A DNA stretch of 64,000 nt, from the NCBI GenBank assembly GCA_052426225.1, contig JBNJNM010000015.1, forward strand, positions 868,001-932,000, in the 5' to 3' direction. This document shows positions 1 to 12,420 of this stretch, one piece after another. The stretch's first letter is position 1; each line of letters opens with the position of its first letter. Below the pieces are notes generated by a model that saw only the letters and a program-made list of their open reading frames with translations, did no database searches and was not told the DNA's origin. The translations under genes were made by a program, and so were the position numbers. Source of the DNA: Zancudomyces culisetae HAW-14-8 (lineage: Eukaryota; Fungi; Kickxellomycota).

Positions 1-367
1 GCTCCTTTCCTGACACAGTTTTTTTGATCTTTCTAGCCGCTTCTGCGTCTTCCACTGTTTTGAACCAGACAAACAGAACTCCTCTTTCTCTGTCTTGGTC
101 GAATGATACTTCAAAGTCTTTTAGGGTATCAGAGATCTCACCCATTGCTGCATCATAGTTTGCGTTGATGCTTCTGGTTCGGATGGCGAGTTTTCGCTCA
201 TCTCTGGTTCTGCAAACAATCATATTCCCTACATCGGGTCTCTCATCGACCCAGTGGAGGATAGAGTATTGTTGGTAGAGCATCGCTCTACCTCCTCTTG
301 CAGCTTGGTAGCTGCCCCTTTGCGCAGTTTGCGCATAGGACTTTTCTTTCGTCTGCGTTGATGCCAT
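1..367 (-). mobile_element. Probable non-LTR retrotransposon (LINE-like) ORF1 N-terminus; runs off the left edge
   Basis: ATG at 367, frame open to base 1: MASTQTKEKSYAQTAQRG...GVLFVWFKTVEDAEAARK. The N-terminal SYAQ motif and RRM-like F-x-T-x-E-D-A segment are typical of LINE ORF1p. Preceded by a long A-rich leader (368-750 on the minus strand). Absent from the ORF track because it has no stop. Confidence 0.55.
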
Positions 368-755
368 ATCTTCGCAGACGTTTCTTAGGGTTTTTTTGGA
401 TTTAAGGTCAGTTAAATTTAGTAGATTTAGGTTTAGATTTATGTTCAGTTGGACTAAATGTGTCGAGATCAGTACTAATCTCGGTTTAGACGTGTTTTTT
501 ATGAGTTTTTTATGACCTTTTGGGTACTTTTTACTATGTTTTTTGGGTTTTTTATAACTTTTTTTGTTATCTTTTTGTTATCTTTTTATGTTTTTTCTTA
601 TGTTTTTTTATTGCTATATATCTTTTTTTTTCTTATGGTTTTTAATGTTTTTAGGCTTGTTTTAAAGGTAATATTTTATTTAAGATGTTGTGTGATTTTA
701 GTCGCTGTCAATAGTCGATATCGCTATATTTTTCAATTTTTTAAAAAATGAAGTA

Positions 756-1060
756 CTATAGTGTATAAAATCTTCCACCCGAATTTGCTAATCTCGTGGC
801 GGTCCAAAATTGACCTATTCGAATTCGACCTACGAAAAGAATGTGTTTCATGTACTGTGGAAAGGCCGCTTGTAAGTCGACCCAATTCCTTTGTCGGCCT
901 GCTCCAACTTCCTTTATCCACTTTGTAATATTCGACTTGTCTTTCAACCTGTTGTTTATCTCGAGTGTCTCCTTAGTTTTTCTTACCTCTCCGGTTGGTA
1001 CATTATCAATCTTGACCCTGTTAGTTCACTGGGAAACTAATTTCAAGTCAAGCTGACGGT
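756..1060 (-). pseudogene. Degenerate fragment resembling the C-terminal (post-RT) region of a LINE ORF2
   Basis: Frame LKLVSQ*TNRVK...KDKSNITKWIK...GRIRIGQFWTATRLANSG has an in-frame stop. RIRIGxFWTxxRLA resembles, from recall, the segment before the C-terminal Cys motif in fungal LINE ORF2s. Truncated at ~756. Confidence 0.35.
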
Positions 1061-1362
1061 CAACAGTTATGTGGCTGCTGTACCTCCTGAATATATCACA
1101 TCCCATAAACACAAAAATTCGCCCACAATGTAATAATAGAATGAGCAAGATGAACCGAGCCACGAGAGAAAATATCAATTTTAAGACCACAGCAATATTT
1201 TATTTCAAATTCAAGCTCCCAATAGTCATAAAACATTATATAAAAATATATAACTAAAAAATATGCTTTGGTGTGCCGCGAGAGAGTAGGTGTTAAACAC
1301 ACATAGACAATTAATGCTTATGAACAAGAAAACAAAACAAATACGTGGAAAATAAAGCCAAC

Positions 1363-2394
1363 TTAGTAAAGACGGTGAGCCTTACCCATGGTTGTCTTGA
1401 TAAAGAGGGACTTGACGTTTTGCCAGCGCTTCTTCAACAAAGAAACCAAAAAGTTGACAGCAAGCATAATGTTGGACAACAATTCGTCTTCAGTCATTGT
1501 GACGTTTCCAATGGCAACAGCCAAACACAAAACCTTCTTCAATTGGAACTTGATGGTTGAGCGGAGCTCGTTGACCTTGTCACCCAAGTTGTCTGCGTGT
1601 GAGACAGTGGTTGGGAATTTACCGGCCTTGTGGAGTCCTGGACCCAAAAGTCTTGGGATTTGTTTGATCAAAGCTTCGGAGGCCAAGAAGGCATCGGCAC
1701 TAGCAGCAAGCTTCTTGACAAGCTTCTTGTTCTTGTTGAGCTTCTTCAAGTCCTCAGCAGTTTGGAATGGAATGTTTTCGGATTTGGCTCTGTCAGCATC
1801 GAGAGCATCTCCCAACAAGCAAACGGTCATTTGTGGGCGTGGAATGTATGGCAACTTGACGGTTCCACTGAAACGCTTGTCTCTTTGAGGATCGTAGTTC
1901 TTCAAACCAATTTGGAGTTCAACAGTTTCTGTGAACTTTCTCTTCTTCTCCTGTGATTCAGCAAGCAAAAGCTTGACTGTCTCTCTCACGGCTGCCACTT
2001 GAATTTTGCTTCCACTACAATTGTCGCATTATAACATTGTTAATAAAATCTAGTTATATTCTTTAATAACAGGGGGTGGGATGATAAGCAAATCTATTTT
2101 AAACCCAAATATCTGTTTCGATGTTGGTAAAAATGAGTATCGAGCGCACTTTCAAAATATTCGAATGTTCATTTTAGTACTGTCATTGTTGATAATTTGA
2201 AAAATCGAATCCTTCTCTGATTTTTCTTGTAAATTATTAATAAATAGCTCAACTAAAGTGGATACATGAATCCGAGTACAACGCATACATAAGACTATGT
2301 CGATTCCACCCCTCCACAGTGTTGAACATCTACCACCCTTCCCTCTTTGCAAAAAAAAATATATGTATAATTATATCGTGATTACTTACCTCAT
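1363..2394 (-). CDS. RPL1: 60S ribosomal protein uL1 (L1/L10a); exons 2394-2390 and 2014-1363
   Basis: [23 protein letters not shown] and [17 protein letters not shown] motifs. ATG AG|GTAAGT micro-exon and TTGTAG acceptor give [13 protein letters not shown]. Confidence 0.97.
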
Positions 2395-3108
2395 TTTATT
2401 TTACAGATTCTAAGTTTACTACTTTTTCCGCTTATAAAAAGTAAAGATTAATTTATATCGCTTTAAACCAGCTTTAATAGTAAAAAATTTGTTGTTTCAA
2501 CAAAAAAAAAAGTGAATTGGCGCAATTACATAATAATTATTTATGATTGGCTATCCCATTTCAATTCTAGGTTTAGGGATATAAAATCAGAAAAAAAAAT
2601 GATGAATCCTAAACTCGAAATACGCAAGCAAACCAGAAACATTCTGGCATTGGCGTTGGTACTGGTACTGGTGTTGATTGAGCTCTCCCAAGAAATTCAC
2701 ACCCTTATTAGCCTCTACTTGGAGGTGGATATGCTCATATACACACAAATGGCTAGTATATCTTAACCTATTTTGGTGTTCTACTTTCTGATAATTCTAA
2801 TTGAACAGAATCATCACACTACTAGTTTACAAAGAGATCATAAAGCACATTTACACAGTATACAAAATATTAGCATACAGATATATAACATGAAAAATGC
2901 CATCATAGTGATTGTTTGATAGGCCATTCGTGGAGATTTCGTAATTTTGGAATCTTTTTGTGTGCTTTTTAGCTCATTCTTTTCTGAGTGTGTATCAAGT
3001 AAAGAATGAATATGATTTAGAAAAAACGCAGAAAACAATGAATATAATAGCTACTTATCATCACACGCGATGTAGAAAAAGAATCAATCCAAAAATCAAA
3101 ATTTAATG

Positions 3109-3930
3109 CTAGAGGGTCCAGCTTGAAGTATTATCTAGCAAAAGCTGAACAATATTTTCTATTCCTTGTTTGTCAACCTCATCAAACCCATTGACCACTG
3201 GTGAGTCAAGATCAAATACGCCCACTACATCCTATAATATGGTTAATAAATATGAAATTTATAGCCCATATATGGTAACTAGAATTAAACAGTTTCAAAC
3301 ATGACCATTAGTTCAAAATGGAAATAGATAAATGAATAAATCGATTACCCCTGAGTTCCGGTCGATTATCGGAACAACCAATTCGGAATTTGAAGCAGAG
3401 TCGCAGGCTATATGACCTGGAAATTCATGAACATCTGGCACAAGAATACTCTGTTTCTGTGCTGCACTTGTTCCACACACGCCCTTTCCGACTTTTATTC
3501 TTGTGCATGCAACCTTTTTGTTTATACATCACTGTGAGAATTTGCTTAAAAAGAATACTCAACACCTTTTAATAAAGAATGGAGGGAATGAAGGCAAATA
3601 CTTACCTTTCCCTGAAAGGGTCCTAAAATCAAAGGGCGTTCTGGGTTTGTGCGATCTGTGTAGTAAAATCCAACCCAATTGACGGGTAAGTCGGCTCTGC
3701 AAGGCGCATTTAGCATTTCATGGTATACCAAAGCGGAAAGATTCGATAGATTTGTAACCTGTGATTTAGTGTATTAGTTGCCTGTTACTTTTTTTTCCTT
3801 AGATTTAATTGCCATGCTCATGCAAGTATAATGAAGGTAGAATGTCACCTACCAGGCCTTCGTTGATTAAAAGTGAAGATGCCTTTGTAGCTAGTTCGGT
3901 GTAAAAATCTGTTTTATTTTGTGTATGCAT
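3109..3930 (-). CDS. Free methionine-R-sulfoxide reductase (GAF domain, fRMsr/MsrC); exons 3930-3853, 3758-3606, 3513-3349, 3231-3109
   Basis: Spliced product has NWVGFY, LGPFQGKVACTRI, GKGVCG, DVHEFPGHIACDSASNSELVVP and VFDLDS. All three introns are phase 0 GT-AG. Confidence 0.93.
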
Positions 3931-4160
3931 TTCTATATTTTTGCAATTTTGATTTGTTTCGTTTATTACTGTCTTTGACCTCAGTGTAGATGGATCTGTA
4001 GATAAACCGGTTGTTTTAAAGTAAAAAGAAATAATGCTAATAAGCAAAAACCCAAACAGTTTTTTATTTTACTAACCCATTTAATAGCTGCGCTTTTAGT
4101 GCTCAAAATAAAAAAATAAATTCAAAAAGCTCAACAGGCTAATCAGAATAAAAAATGCGA

Positions 4161-5318
4161 CTATTTGGATTTGGGTTTAGGTTTAACATCACTTTCAGAT
4201 ATCTCTTTAATATACACTTCATCAGGAAGGTGTTCAACATCACCTTGGTCAAAAGTATAGGATGAACCAATAGCAAGAAGATTTCCTGAGCAGTTAAAAT
4301 CTAGGGCAGAAACACCAGCCGGATAGCCAAGATATTGCTTGAGGCGTTTTTTATTTACAGGATCCCACAAGTTAACAACACCATCGGACCCACCAGTGAC
4401 AAAGGTATGGTGAACTGGATGGAATGCCATGTCATTTACTGGATACACGACATCCGTACCGTCTACAGCTTTGCGGTGGCACTTGAAGGCATATTTAAGC
4501 GATTGAACGGCTGGGCTGGGATCAAAGTATTCAACAGCGACACGACCCTCGATTGAAGACACTACAAAACCCTGGCCGTTGGGCATACACGTAACCTTTC
4601 GGGTTGGGTATTTTAATAGACTTTCTTTTGTTTCTACCGGCGCTGATCGATTGCGCAAATCGTACACCATTATTTGCCGCCCTGCCAACCCCGCTACCAA
4701 CATGTTGTCAACTGTTGCCAATGTGTACACTCTTTCGCTGACTTCTATCAGATCTTGTAGTGCCTTGGGTGCCGAAGCATCCCAAAACCCGATTGTCTTA
4801 TCCCAACTTCCTGAGACCAACATATCGACATTCATATTATAGACCAGTGCACCAACTGCTCGTTTATGCTCCCCCAGGCTCACGCTTTTTTTATCACCAT
4901 GCCACCTATATTATTTTAGTCAACTTAATTATCGTCTCGAGTCTTGTAAATCTTCTTTATCCTTGTGTTTGTTTTTGATTTATGATCAAGTTTGATTTAT
5001 TAACTAAAAATTTTGAGCTTAACAAATTTATTGCAAATTATTTTAAATCGCTTGTAGATAAAAACCAAATAATACTTACATATTAACCACGCAATCTAAT
5101 CCACCAGAATATACCACCTCCCCATCTGTAGAATAGCATGTGCTAAGCACCGCCGCTTCGTGAGAACTGTTTTCTCTGATCACCCTGTTTTCTACAACAT
5201 TATACTCTCTGACTTTCTTATCCCAGGAAGATACTAACAATACATTTGGATTTTTGGGATGAAATTCGAGTTTAGATATACAATCTGTGGGTGGTTGATT
5301 AAGTTTATATTCGCCCAT
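4161..5318 (-). CDS. BUB3: Spindle checkpoint WD40 protein Bub3; exons 5318-5080 and 4905-4161
   Basis: LLVSSWD, SSIEGRVAVEYFD, YAFKCHR, YPVNDMAFHP and TGGSDG...KKRL motifs; GTAAGT...TAG intron. Confidence 0.93.
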
Positions 5319-5518
5319 TAATCTAGTTTTATAAGTTTACAGTATTTCTTGAGTTTGTTGTTGTTATACCATTGTAAATAACGCCCATTGTTTTCCCTTT
5401 TTCATTCTAGTTATTTCAAAATCGGAGCCAACCTCCATTACCAATAATTAGTTAGTCGCAAAAAAAAAATTTTATTTTTTTACAAACCAAAACAAGTAAC
5501 ACGCAAAAAAAATATCAA

Positions 5519-5866
5519 ATGGGTAATATATTTGGAAAGCAAATCAGCGAAGAAGAAATGAAGTTGCTAAAGGACCAGATAAACGAAGTAGTAAACAACA
5601 ATTCTGTTGTGGTTTATTCAAAAACTTACTGCCCCTACTGCACCAAGGCCAAGAAAGAGTTGGAAAAACTGAATATTAAGGCAAAGGTAATCGAACTGGA
5701 CTTGCTCGATGAAGGCTCCGATATTCAACAAGCATTGTTGGCATTGACTAACCAAAGAACTGTGCCAAACATCTTTATCAACAAGACTCATGTAGGAGGA
5801 TGTGACGATTTGGTCAGAAAGATTGCTTCAGGAGAGGTTAAGAAACTACTTGGTGCTAGTATGTAA
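5519..5866 (+). CDS. Dithiol glutaredoxin (CPYC)
   Basis: YSKTYCPYC, QRTVPNIFI and GGCDD motifs. Confidence 0.95.
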   Translation: MGNIFGKQISEEEMKLLKDQINEVVNNNSVVVYSKTYCPYCTKAKKELEKLNIKAKVIELDLLDEGSDIQQALLALTNQRTVPNIFINKTHVGGCDDLVRKIASGEVKKLLGASM

Positions 5867-7405
5867 AAAAAAAAGAAAGATGAGAAGGTATAAATAGCGA
5901 GGCCGCCAGATGACTTATTGGGTATCCTTTTTGGGCCATTTTTTGTTTGGAATAACTATTTATATATTTATATATTGCAAATACTGGGATGGTGTGCTTT
6001 AAGCATTATATTTTGCTAATCATACTTTTACTGTTTTTTTAAGAAATAAATGCCAAATATAAAGGATACTTTGTTTCAATAATAAAAGAGGCACCACATT
6101 CGCAGCTAGGCAAATACTACAACAATAACATGCCTCTTCACACTGTACTTGTGATTTTTGAAAATGATAAAGTTCAAAGGATACTGTTTTGTCTCCTGCA
6201 TTGGCTATGCTATAGCTCAACACTCTGTTGTACATGAGCGGTCAAAAATGTGTGTCAAGATTCCCAGACAAAAAGACAGCACTGGACTTTCTATAAACTT
6301 ATGCGAGTGGTATTTTGTGGTGAGTAATTTATATGCAAATGCAAGTGTATTTAGAACCGTCTAATACAAGAACCGTATTTAATCTATAGCAGATTACCAA
6401 TGCTGCAACTCTTGAATATTTGCTATTCTAAAATTGTACTATACTACATTTATTGTTGTATTCAGTCTATACTCGACCTCTTTTTCTTTCCAATTGAGTA
6501 GAAGAAAATCATGTTTATTAGCCGCTACGCTAGTAAGTACAATACATGTATCAGCACACAAGCTTCGTATTTGTACTATTGTCACTTCTTTATACCAAAA
6601 CCCTAGCTTTGGTTAGCTGGTTATTACATCAAAAGAAGATTAAACGTTCACAAGAAATGCTTACAAAAATATTCAAAGCACAGGTATTTAATCCTGAAAC
6701 ATTTGACTCACATTTAGCTTTCTTTTTGTAATTAAATCACTGGGTAAAAGATCTGGAAAAACGAAGGTTGGTCTACTTTGACGCAGTTGCGGGGGTTGGG
6801 TTCTTTTTTCATCCCTCTTGCCCAATTTTCTCGAAATTCACGCTTCTATGTGTTATTATCGCAGATTGTTTTCACGTGCCGGCGTGATTTTGGTGTTACT
6901 GCCTTTCAGGATTAGATGATACAAACAAATTGAGATTAAATCAGAAAACTAAACTTAAAAATGCTTTTTTATTTGTTTTCTCCAACAAATTATGAAGTTT
7001 AGAAATACAATGCGGCCAATAGTAATCAAGGCAAGGGTATTTTAGGAAACAACATAATCTATTGACCCTAAAAACCCAGCCTTCGATCCTCCAATATTCT
7101 GGTAAAAATATGGTGAGATGAGCTAAGACATGAAAAAACACCAAATAAGATAATAATAAAAGTGCCAGAATTTGCCATACACAAAAGAATTCATCTACAT
7201 ATCACATTTAAGTTGGACAAGTTAATTGAACACCGGCTTATCTCCAATTTTGCCTTTTATCTCTTATTTACTCCATAAAAATTATTTTTGCTAGAAAAAG
7301 AATAAAAGAGAAAATATACAGGTATTTGCTAAACAAGTCGAGGGTATACTAAAGTCAACACCAAAGAATCGTAGAAGCGGAGAAGGTGATATCCCAAGAA
7401 AAGAA

Positions 7406-8469
7406 ATGGCGAGCATGGAGAGAAAACAACAAGGCTCGGAATTATATATCCAGACGGCAAAGTTTTTCAGGCTATTACACCTGGACTCTGTTCCGTACAA
7501 GATCGAATACTACTTCAAGGTTTCAGTACTGCTGGTGCTAACACTCGTGCTGTGCTTCTACGCCATTTTAATATGTCCATACTATTTGCTGAAGGGAGAA
7601 AGAGATAACCTTAACTACCACTTTAGTGTTAATTACTACAAAGCTTTGCAGTATGTGTTTGGGTATACTGTAGAGATTGAAGGCGAAGAAAACCTGGAAA
7701 TAGCGAACAAGCAGGCCAGTGTGCTGGTGGCAAACCACCAGAGTGCGTTGGACGTGGTATGGCTTGCGCGATTAGTTCCTAAACGCGGGGTTTTCTTGGC
7801 AAAACACAGCATCATGTTTATACCGTTGCTTGGATTTTATCGTAAGTAGCATTGAGTTTCAAATGTAAATGTGTTTTTATAAGCTTTTTAATTAGCAAGA
7901 CGTTTATAAACACAAGTTACTAAAAACACTAAATAGTATGGCTGGCTGACAACATCTTTCTCAAGCGTAAGAACAAAACATCAATCAAAGATATGTTCAA
8001 GAAGGCCGGCAAAAAACTCAAGGAGAAGGACGTAGGTGTAATTGTATTTCCTGAGGGAACTAGGTATAATGATCCAGAAAAGGCAGGAATGCTTCCGTTC
8101 AAAAAGGGAGCATTTCTACTAGCAAAATATGCAAAATGTCCAATAATTCCGATTGTAGCCATGGATCTACACAACCTTTATTCAGATCCACACAAGTGGT
8201 GCGTACCAGGAGTCATCAAAATCCGCGTGCTACCACCTATATGGTTGGACCAAGAGAATAGTAGAACGGATGCCAAGGAAAGTAATAACAGAAATGCCAA
8301 AGACAGTGAAAACAGTACTTCGGAGGCTGGAAGGCACCCCGATACAGGTGTATCCGTGGAGAAACTCATGCAAGACACCTGGGACCTGATGTACAAGAAT
8401 CTCCTGGAAATCTCAGATCCCAGAATGGACATCGAAGCTTTGCGTTCCAAGTCTAAAAAATCAGTCTGA
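7406..8469 (+). CDS. SLC1: 1-acyl-sn-glycerol-3-phosphate acyltransferase; exons 7406-7841 and 7937-8469
   Basis: NHQSALD (motif I), FPEGTR (motif III), PFKKGAF and PIIPI motifs; N-terminal TM helix; intron GTAAGT...AAATAG joins the two ORFs. Confidence 0.92.
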
Positions 8470-8653
8470 GTTACAAAGTTTGCAACTTTAAGTGTTTTTT
8501 TTCATACTATTGGTATGTGAATGTTACTCTAGCTTTCCAAAACATGCTCTATCTCTTCCTAATGACATTTGCTGCAGAAAATTTGCCATTTTAACTGAAG
8601 CTGTAACCATTCAGCCACTTTCCTCGAAAAAGTATATATTTTTTGTTCCTATT

Positions 8654-9873
8654 TTATTCGTAATGCGCAAAGGCGATTTCTGGTGATACAAAAAACGAGT
8701 CATCAGTCAACAAGTTAGAATCACTTTGATCATTGTCTTTAAAATTGTCTTCCATATCATCCGAATCGTCGGATATTTCAATAACGCTCATGCCTTTGTC
8801 TTCACGAAAATCCGACTTTTTGCTTTTAGATCCCAAAACCGGGTTAACTGGGCGAGTTGGAACACGAGTGTGATTCAAGGGATTGAAATATACCTTTTCT
8901 TGGATTTTAAGCGCCTCGAAAATACTGAAATTGATCTTATTTACATCATTATCGATTTCCATACTATGTTGGATATTTGAAAAATGCTTTTATAGTACTG
9001 TAGGTGTAAAAAAAGTAATAGCTACAAAAATAAATACTTGTTGCATTTATAAATATAACAGACGTTAAAAGGTGCCTTTGTCCTGTGACTTACTTTTCAA
9101 TTGTCAATTTTCGATCAATTCTTGTCCCAGTATAACCCACCTTCCAGCCTTCGGTAGGCCTCTTATTACTTTGGTAGTTCCTGTGGCTACTTCGATCATT
9201 CGGAATTAATGTGCCATATATTTCTACTATCTTTCCGTTAATGCCGCCATTTTTAATACTCGCATCTATTGCTGCCATGATTTTGGTTTTCACCGTATTC
9301 TCCTTATAATTTTCGAACTACCAACATAATAGATTTCGGCTTTTATATTATTAATCCATTGCTTGTTCGCATATACAAAAACTCCGATATTATAATTTTA
9401 CCTTTGAATCCTTGTACAATTCGCAGGACAACAAACCAGTGCCATCATCTAAACCAATTCAAGTTATATTTTTTATTTTTCATATCGACGTACAGCAAAA
9501 GGCTCTGTCCAAATGTATAAAAAAAAAATTTTACTTACCTACAACGAGTTCGTGACGTACTCCATCATGAAGTTTGAATTCCTTATGCAAAACTACGATT
9601 CCCACAACTCTATTTATTTAATCTCGATTTAAAGCAATTGTTGTAGTTGTATAAGGTGAATAACTCCAATATCATCGCTATTTACCTAACCCTATGGAAT
9701 TTCAACAATGTCTTTGATTCATTTTCATCCGTTGACTCGTACAGATAATAAAAGTGATGTAAAGAGTCGTGATCTGCCATCCGTTTTCCGGAATATTTCA
9801 ATACTGAGTCATTTATTTGCCCAACAAACAGTATGGCACCAGTGTACTTATTCAATTCATACATTGCCCCCAT
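8654..9873 (-). CDS. STN1: OB-fold telomere-capping protein Stn1 (CST complex / RPA32 family); 5 exons
   Basis: Hand-spliced product: MYELNKYTGAILFVGQI...KFHRVRVVGIVV...ELVVDDGTGLLSCELY...GKIVEIYGTL...LTIENMEIDNDVN...EALKIQEKVYFNP. The V-x-V-V-G-I-V strand, DDGTG motif and trailing helix match the Stn1 OB fold. Confidence 0.75.
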
Positions 9874-10851
9874 CAGCCCTCAGGTGTGCGTTGTATACGG
9901 TTTGGGTGTAAAGGTACAGTCATTACTGGAAGGAAACAGATCCTATATTAGTATGATGTATCATGTCCAGGTGGTATTTATTTCCCTCTACTTTACACTT
10001 GTTTACTTTTAAATTATTGATCAAATTGAAAAAAAGGCAAACAATTTGTGAGTGCTAAATTAGTAAATAAAAAAATCCAATTGATAATTTGATACAACTT
10101 TATTTTTCATTGCAGATAATGTGGTACTTTTATGAAAATCTATTTTGAGGAGTAGGGTGGTTTAAGCTGAGCGCTTTATTAAAGGTTCATTATAATAAGA
10201 AACATAGTCGAAACAGTAAAAGAAAAAGCAACAACACCCTTCGTTTTTCTTTCGTCTCCCCCTTCCCTTTGAACACCACCAGAGCCCGCTTAATAAAAAT
10301 CTTCTTTCTACACTGTCCCTATTCGCCTTTTAGCTTTATGACATCCTGTTCACTTTTTATTCACTTTTTATATTATTTGTTTTATCCCTATTTCCCGGGT
10401 CTTTAATGAGTTATTAAGTCTAATTTTGTTCCTGACCGCTTACTAATATGAAATATAAATAGACGGGAAAATACTCGAGATTAATTTTCCACTGGTATCA
10501 CACTGCACTTGGGGATTGGAATAAAACCGCAACTTCTCTCATCATCAGAGATTCTGGGAGTTGGTTGCATGTGCAAATACGCATTAGAATTTGCTTGAAT
10601 GTTTCCAGTTCGTTTCATTGAGTATTCATGATGTGTGGTTGGATCTAGAGTATAAATAGTTGCGATTTACCTCTGCCTTTCCTCGTTTCCTATTCGGTTT
10701 TGGCCTTTCCAGGCAAAAATAAGGGGAGATAAAGAACAAAGGAGCATTTAAATTGAACATAAAACCACTGTTCAATTTTACCTAGTGAAAATAATAAAAG
10801 TAGAGCAAAGCAAGCTGTGACAAGTATAAACCAAAGTATACAGTTATAAAA

Positions 10852-12420
10852 ATGGCAACGGGAGGTAGGGCAGAACTTATGTTAAAGGCATTTCTAAATA
10901 GCGGTGGGGCGAGAGAAGAAGTGACAGCTACGAAAAGGCTTTTGACACAGTATTTTTCTTCAGACAAGGCCAGTATTGACAGAATGAACGGCATTGCGGT
11001 AAGAGCTGATCGCAAAAGACTCAGCGAATTGTTTGACAGTCCCTTTTCACGCTTTCTTGTTAGTGTATTTGGATTTAAGATGGTTTTGTTTAGCAATGTC
11101 AACAGAAACGCCGCAGAAGCTAATATCGGAAGCAACAATGATGGCGAAAAGGACAAAGGGTATAGAAAGCTGAGAATATTAAAGAGAGACGAACTACTAC
11201 AATTGGGCTTTACCAATCCGTTTTCGGAGGCGACTAGACCAGGCGCTGGAAAAGAGGATAGTGCAAGGTACAGTACGGCAATAAAGCTCCCAAATAAGGG
11301 AAGTTGTGTGTTTTTGGGGAAACTGGACGCGAATAATAGCGAGGCGGAAAGATACTATTGGTCAATAGATTTTGGTGATATAAAAGAGGGCGAAAAACAA
11401 AACGAGGATAAAGAAGAGGATTGGGATAAAGTGGAGATCAAAGAAAATGATGCGAATGAGAAGGAAAAAGAAGCGGGAAAGGAAAAGGAAAAGGAAACGG
11501 GAAAGGAAAAACAGGCATTGACTAAGCAACAAATAGAAAGACTGGTGGGCGAATGTACATTCAAACCACTGCGACCGGCAGCATTAGAGCTATCATACGA
11601 GGAGTCTCATATCCTCGCCTTTGGAAAAGCGCTAGTTGACTGGAACTATCGTAACCAGTACTGCCCAGGCTGTGGGTATGAAACGTGGTCAGGAGAAGGA
11701 GGGTGTAAAAGATATTGTATGAGAGGCAGAATTGTTGATCCTACGACTACAAATGAATCTAAGGCTATTACTACACCCAAAAGTGGCGGCGTAGTAGTTA
11801 ATGATAGTGCGCAAACAGCGCAAGAATTGGTAACATGTACAGCACAAAAGCAGCTCAATAATTTTTATTTCCCAAGAACAGACCCGGTTGTGATTGTTGG
11901 TATTTTGTCACCAAAAATGGACAAGATTTTGTTAGCTAGAAAGAAAGGATTCCCTAGTCAGGTGTTTTCATGTATAGCCGGGTTTGTAGACGCTGGTGAA
12001 ACTATAAACGATGCGGTTCGGAGGGAAGTGATGGAGGAGGTTGGTATCAACATTTCTGAAATTGAGTATTTCGATAGTCAGACGTGGCCATTCCCAAATT
12101 CCCTAATGATCGGGTGCTTTGCTCGTGCATCTCCAGCACTCATACCAGCTGACTCTACTTTTGCCAAGACCACTGGTTCTAATTCGCAGAGCATAGATCA
12201 GGATGACGTTCCAATCGTTGTTGATCACGAAGAGCTTGAGGAGGCGCGTTGGTTTACATTTAATGAAATATACCCGGCTGTAGTACGTTCTCACGACGTG
12301 GCCTCTATACTCAGTCACAAAAAAAGCGAGTTGCAGTACGGGATCCCGCCATACTACGCAATTGGATCGCATCTTGTCAGATATTGGTGCGAGTGTGTTA
12401 GTACTAACGGAAAATTGTAA
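10852..12420 (+). CDS. NPY1: NAD(H) pyrophosphatase / NAD-cap deNADding Nudix hydrolase (NudC/NUDT12 family)
   Basis: YCPGCG zinc ribbon, FPRTDPVVI, Nudix box GFVDAGETINDAVRREVMEEVG and SQTWPFPNSLMIG signature. Confidence 0.93.
   Translation: MATGGRAELMLKAFLNSGGAREEVTATKRLLTQYFSSDKASIDRMNGIAVRADRKRLSELFDSPFSRFLVSVFGFKMVLFSNVNRNAAEANIGSNNDGEKDKGYRKLRILKRDELLQLGFTNPFSEATRPGAGKEDSARYSTAIKLPNKGSCVFLGKLDANNSEAERYYWSIDFGDIKEGEKQNEDKEEDWDKVEIKENDANEKEKEAGKEKEKETGKEKQALTKQQIERLVGECTFKPLRPAALELSYEESHILAFGKALVDWNYRNQYCPGCGYETWSGEGGCKRYCMRGRIVDPTTTNESKAITTPKSGGVVVNDSAQTAQELVTCTAQKQLNNFYFPRTDPVVIVGILSPKMDKILLARKKGFPSQVFSCIAGFVDAGETINDAVRREVMEEVGINISEIEYFDSQTWPFPNSLMIGCFARASPALIPADSTFAKTTGSNSQSIDQDDVPIVVDHEELEEARWFTFNEIYPAVVRSHDVASILSHKKSELQYGIPPYYAIGSHLVRYWCECVSTNGKL

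Noticed and set aside
512-751. 79-aa Phe-rich ORF
   Set aside because: Translation of a T-rich low-complexity tract (the A-rich leader of the LINE-like element on the other strand).
2015-2389. Possible H/ACA snoRNAs in the RPL1 intron and the RPL6 5'-UTR intron (ATTCGA/TCGAAT hairpins near ACA)
   Set aside because: No proper H box, and pocket-to-ACA spacing is wrong; cannot be supported by eye.
2573-2578. TTAGGG (Tbf1-like) hexamer upstream of RPL1, also at 41366 upstream of RPL7
   Set aside because: Single hexamers, not seen at RPL6; compatible with chance.
3109-5866. Possible selenoproteins (some Harpellales use Sec) among the redox genes fRMsr and glutaredoxin
   Set aside because: Catalytic positions are ordinary Cys codons, with no in-frame TGA and no convincing SECIS in the 3' regions.
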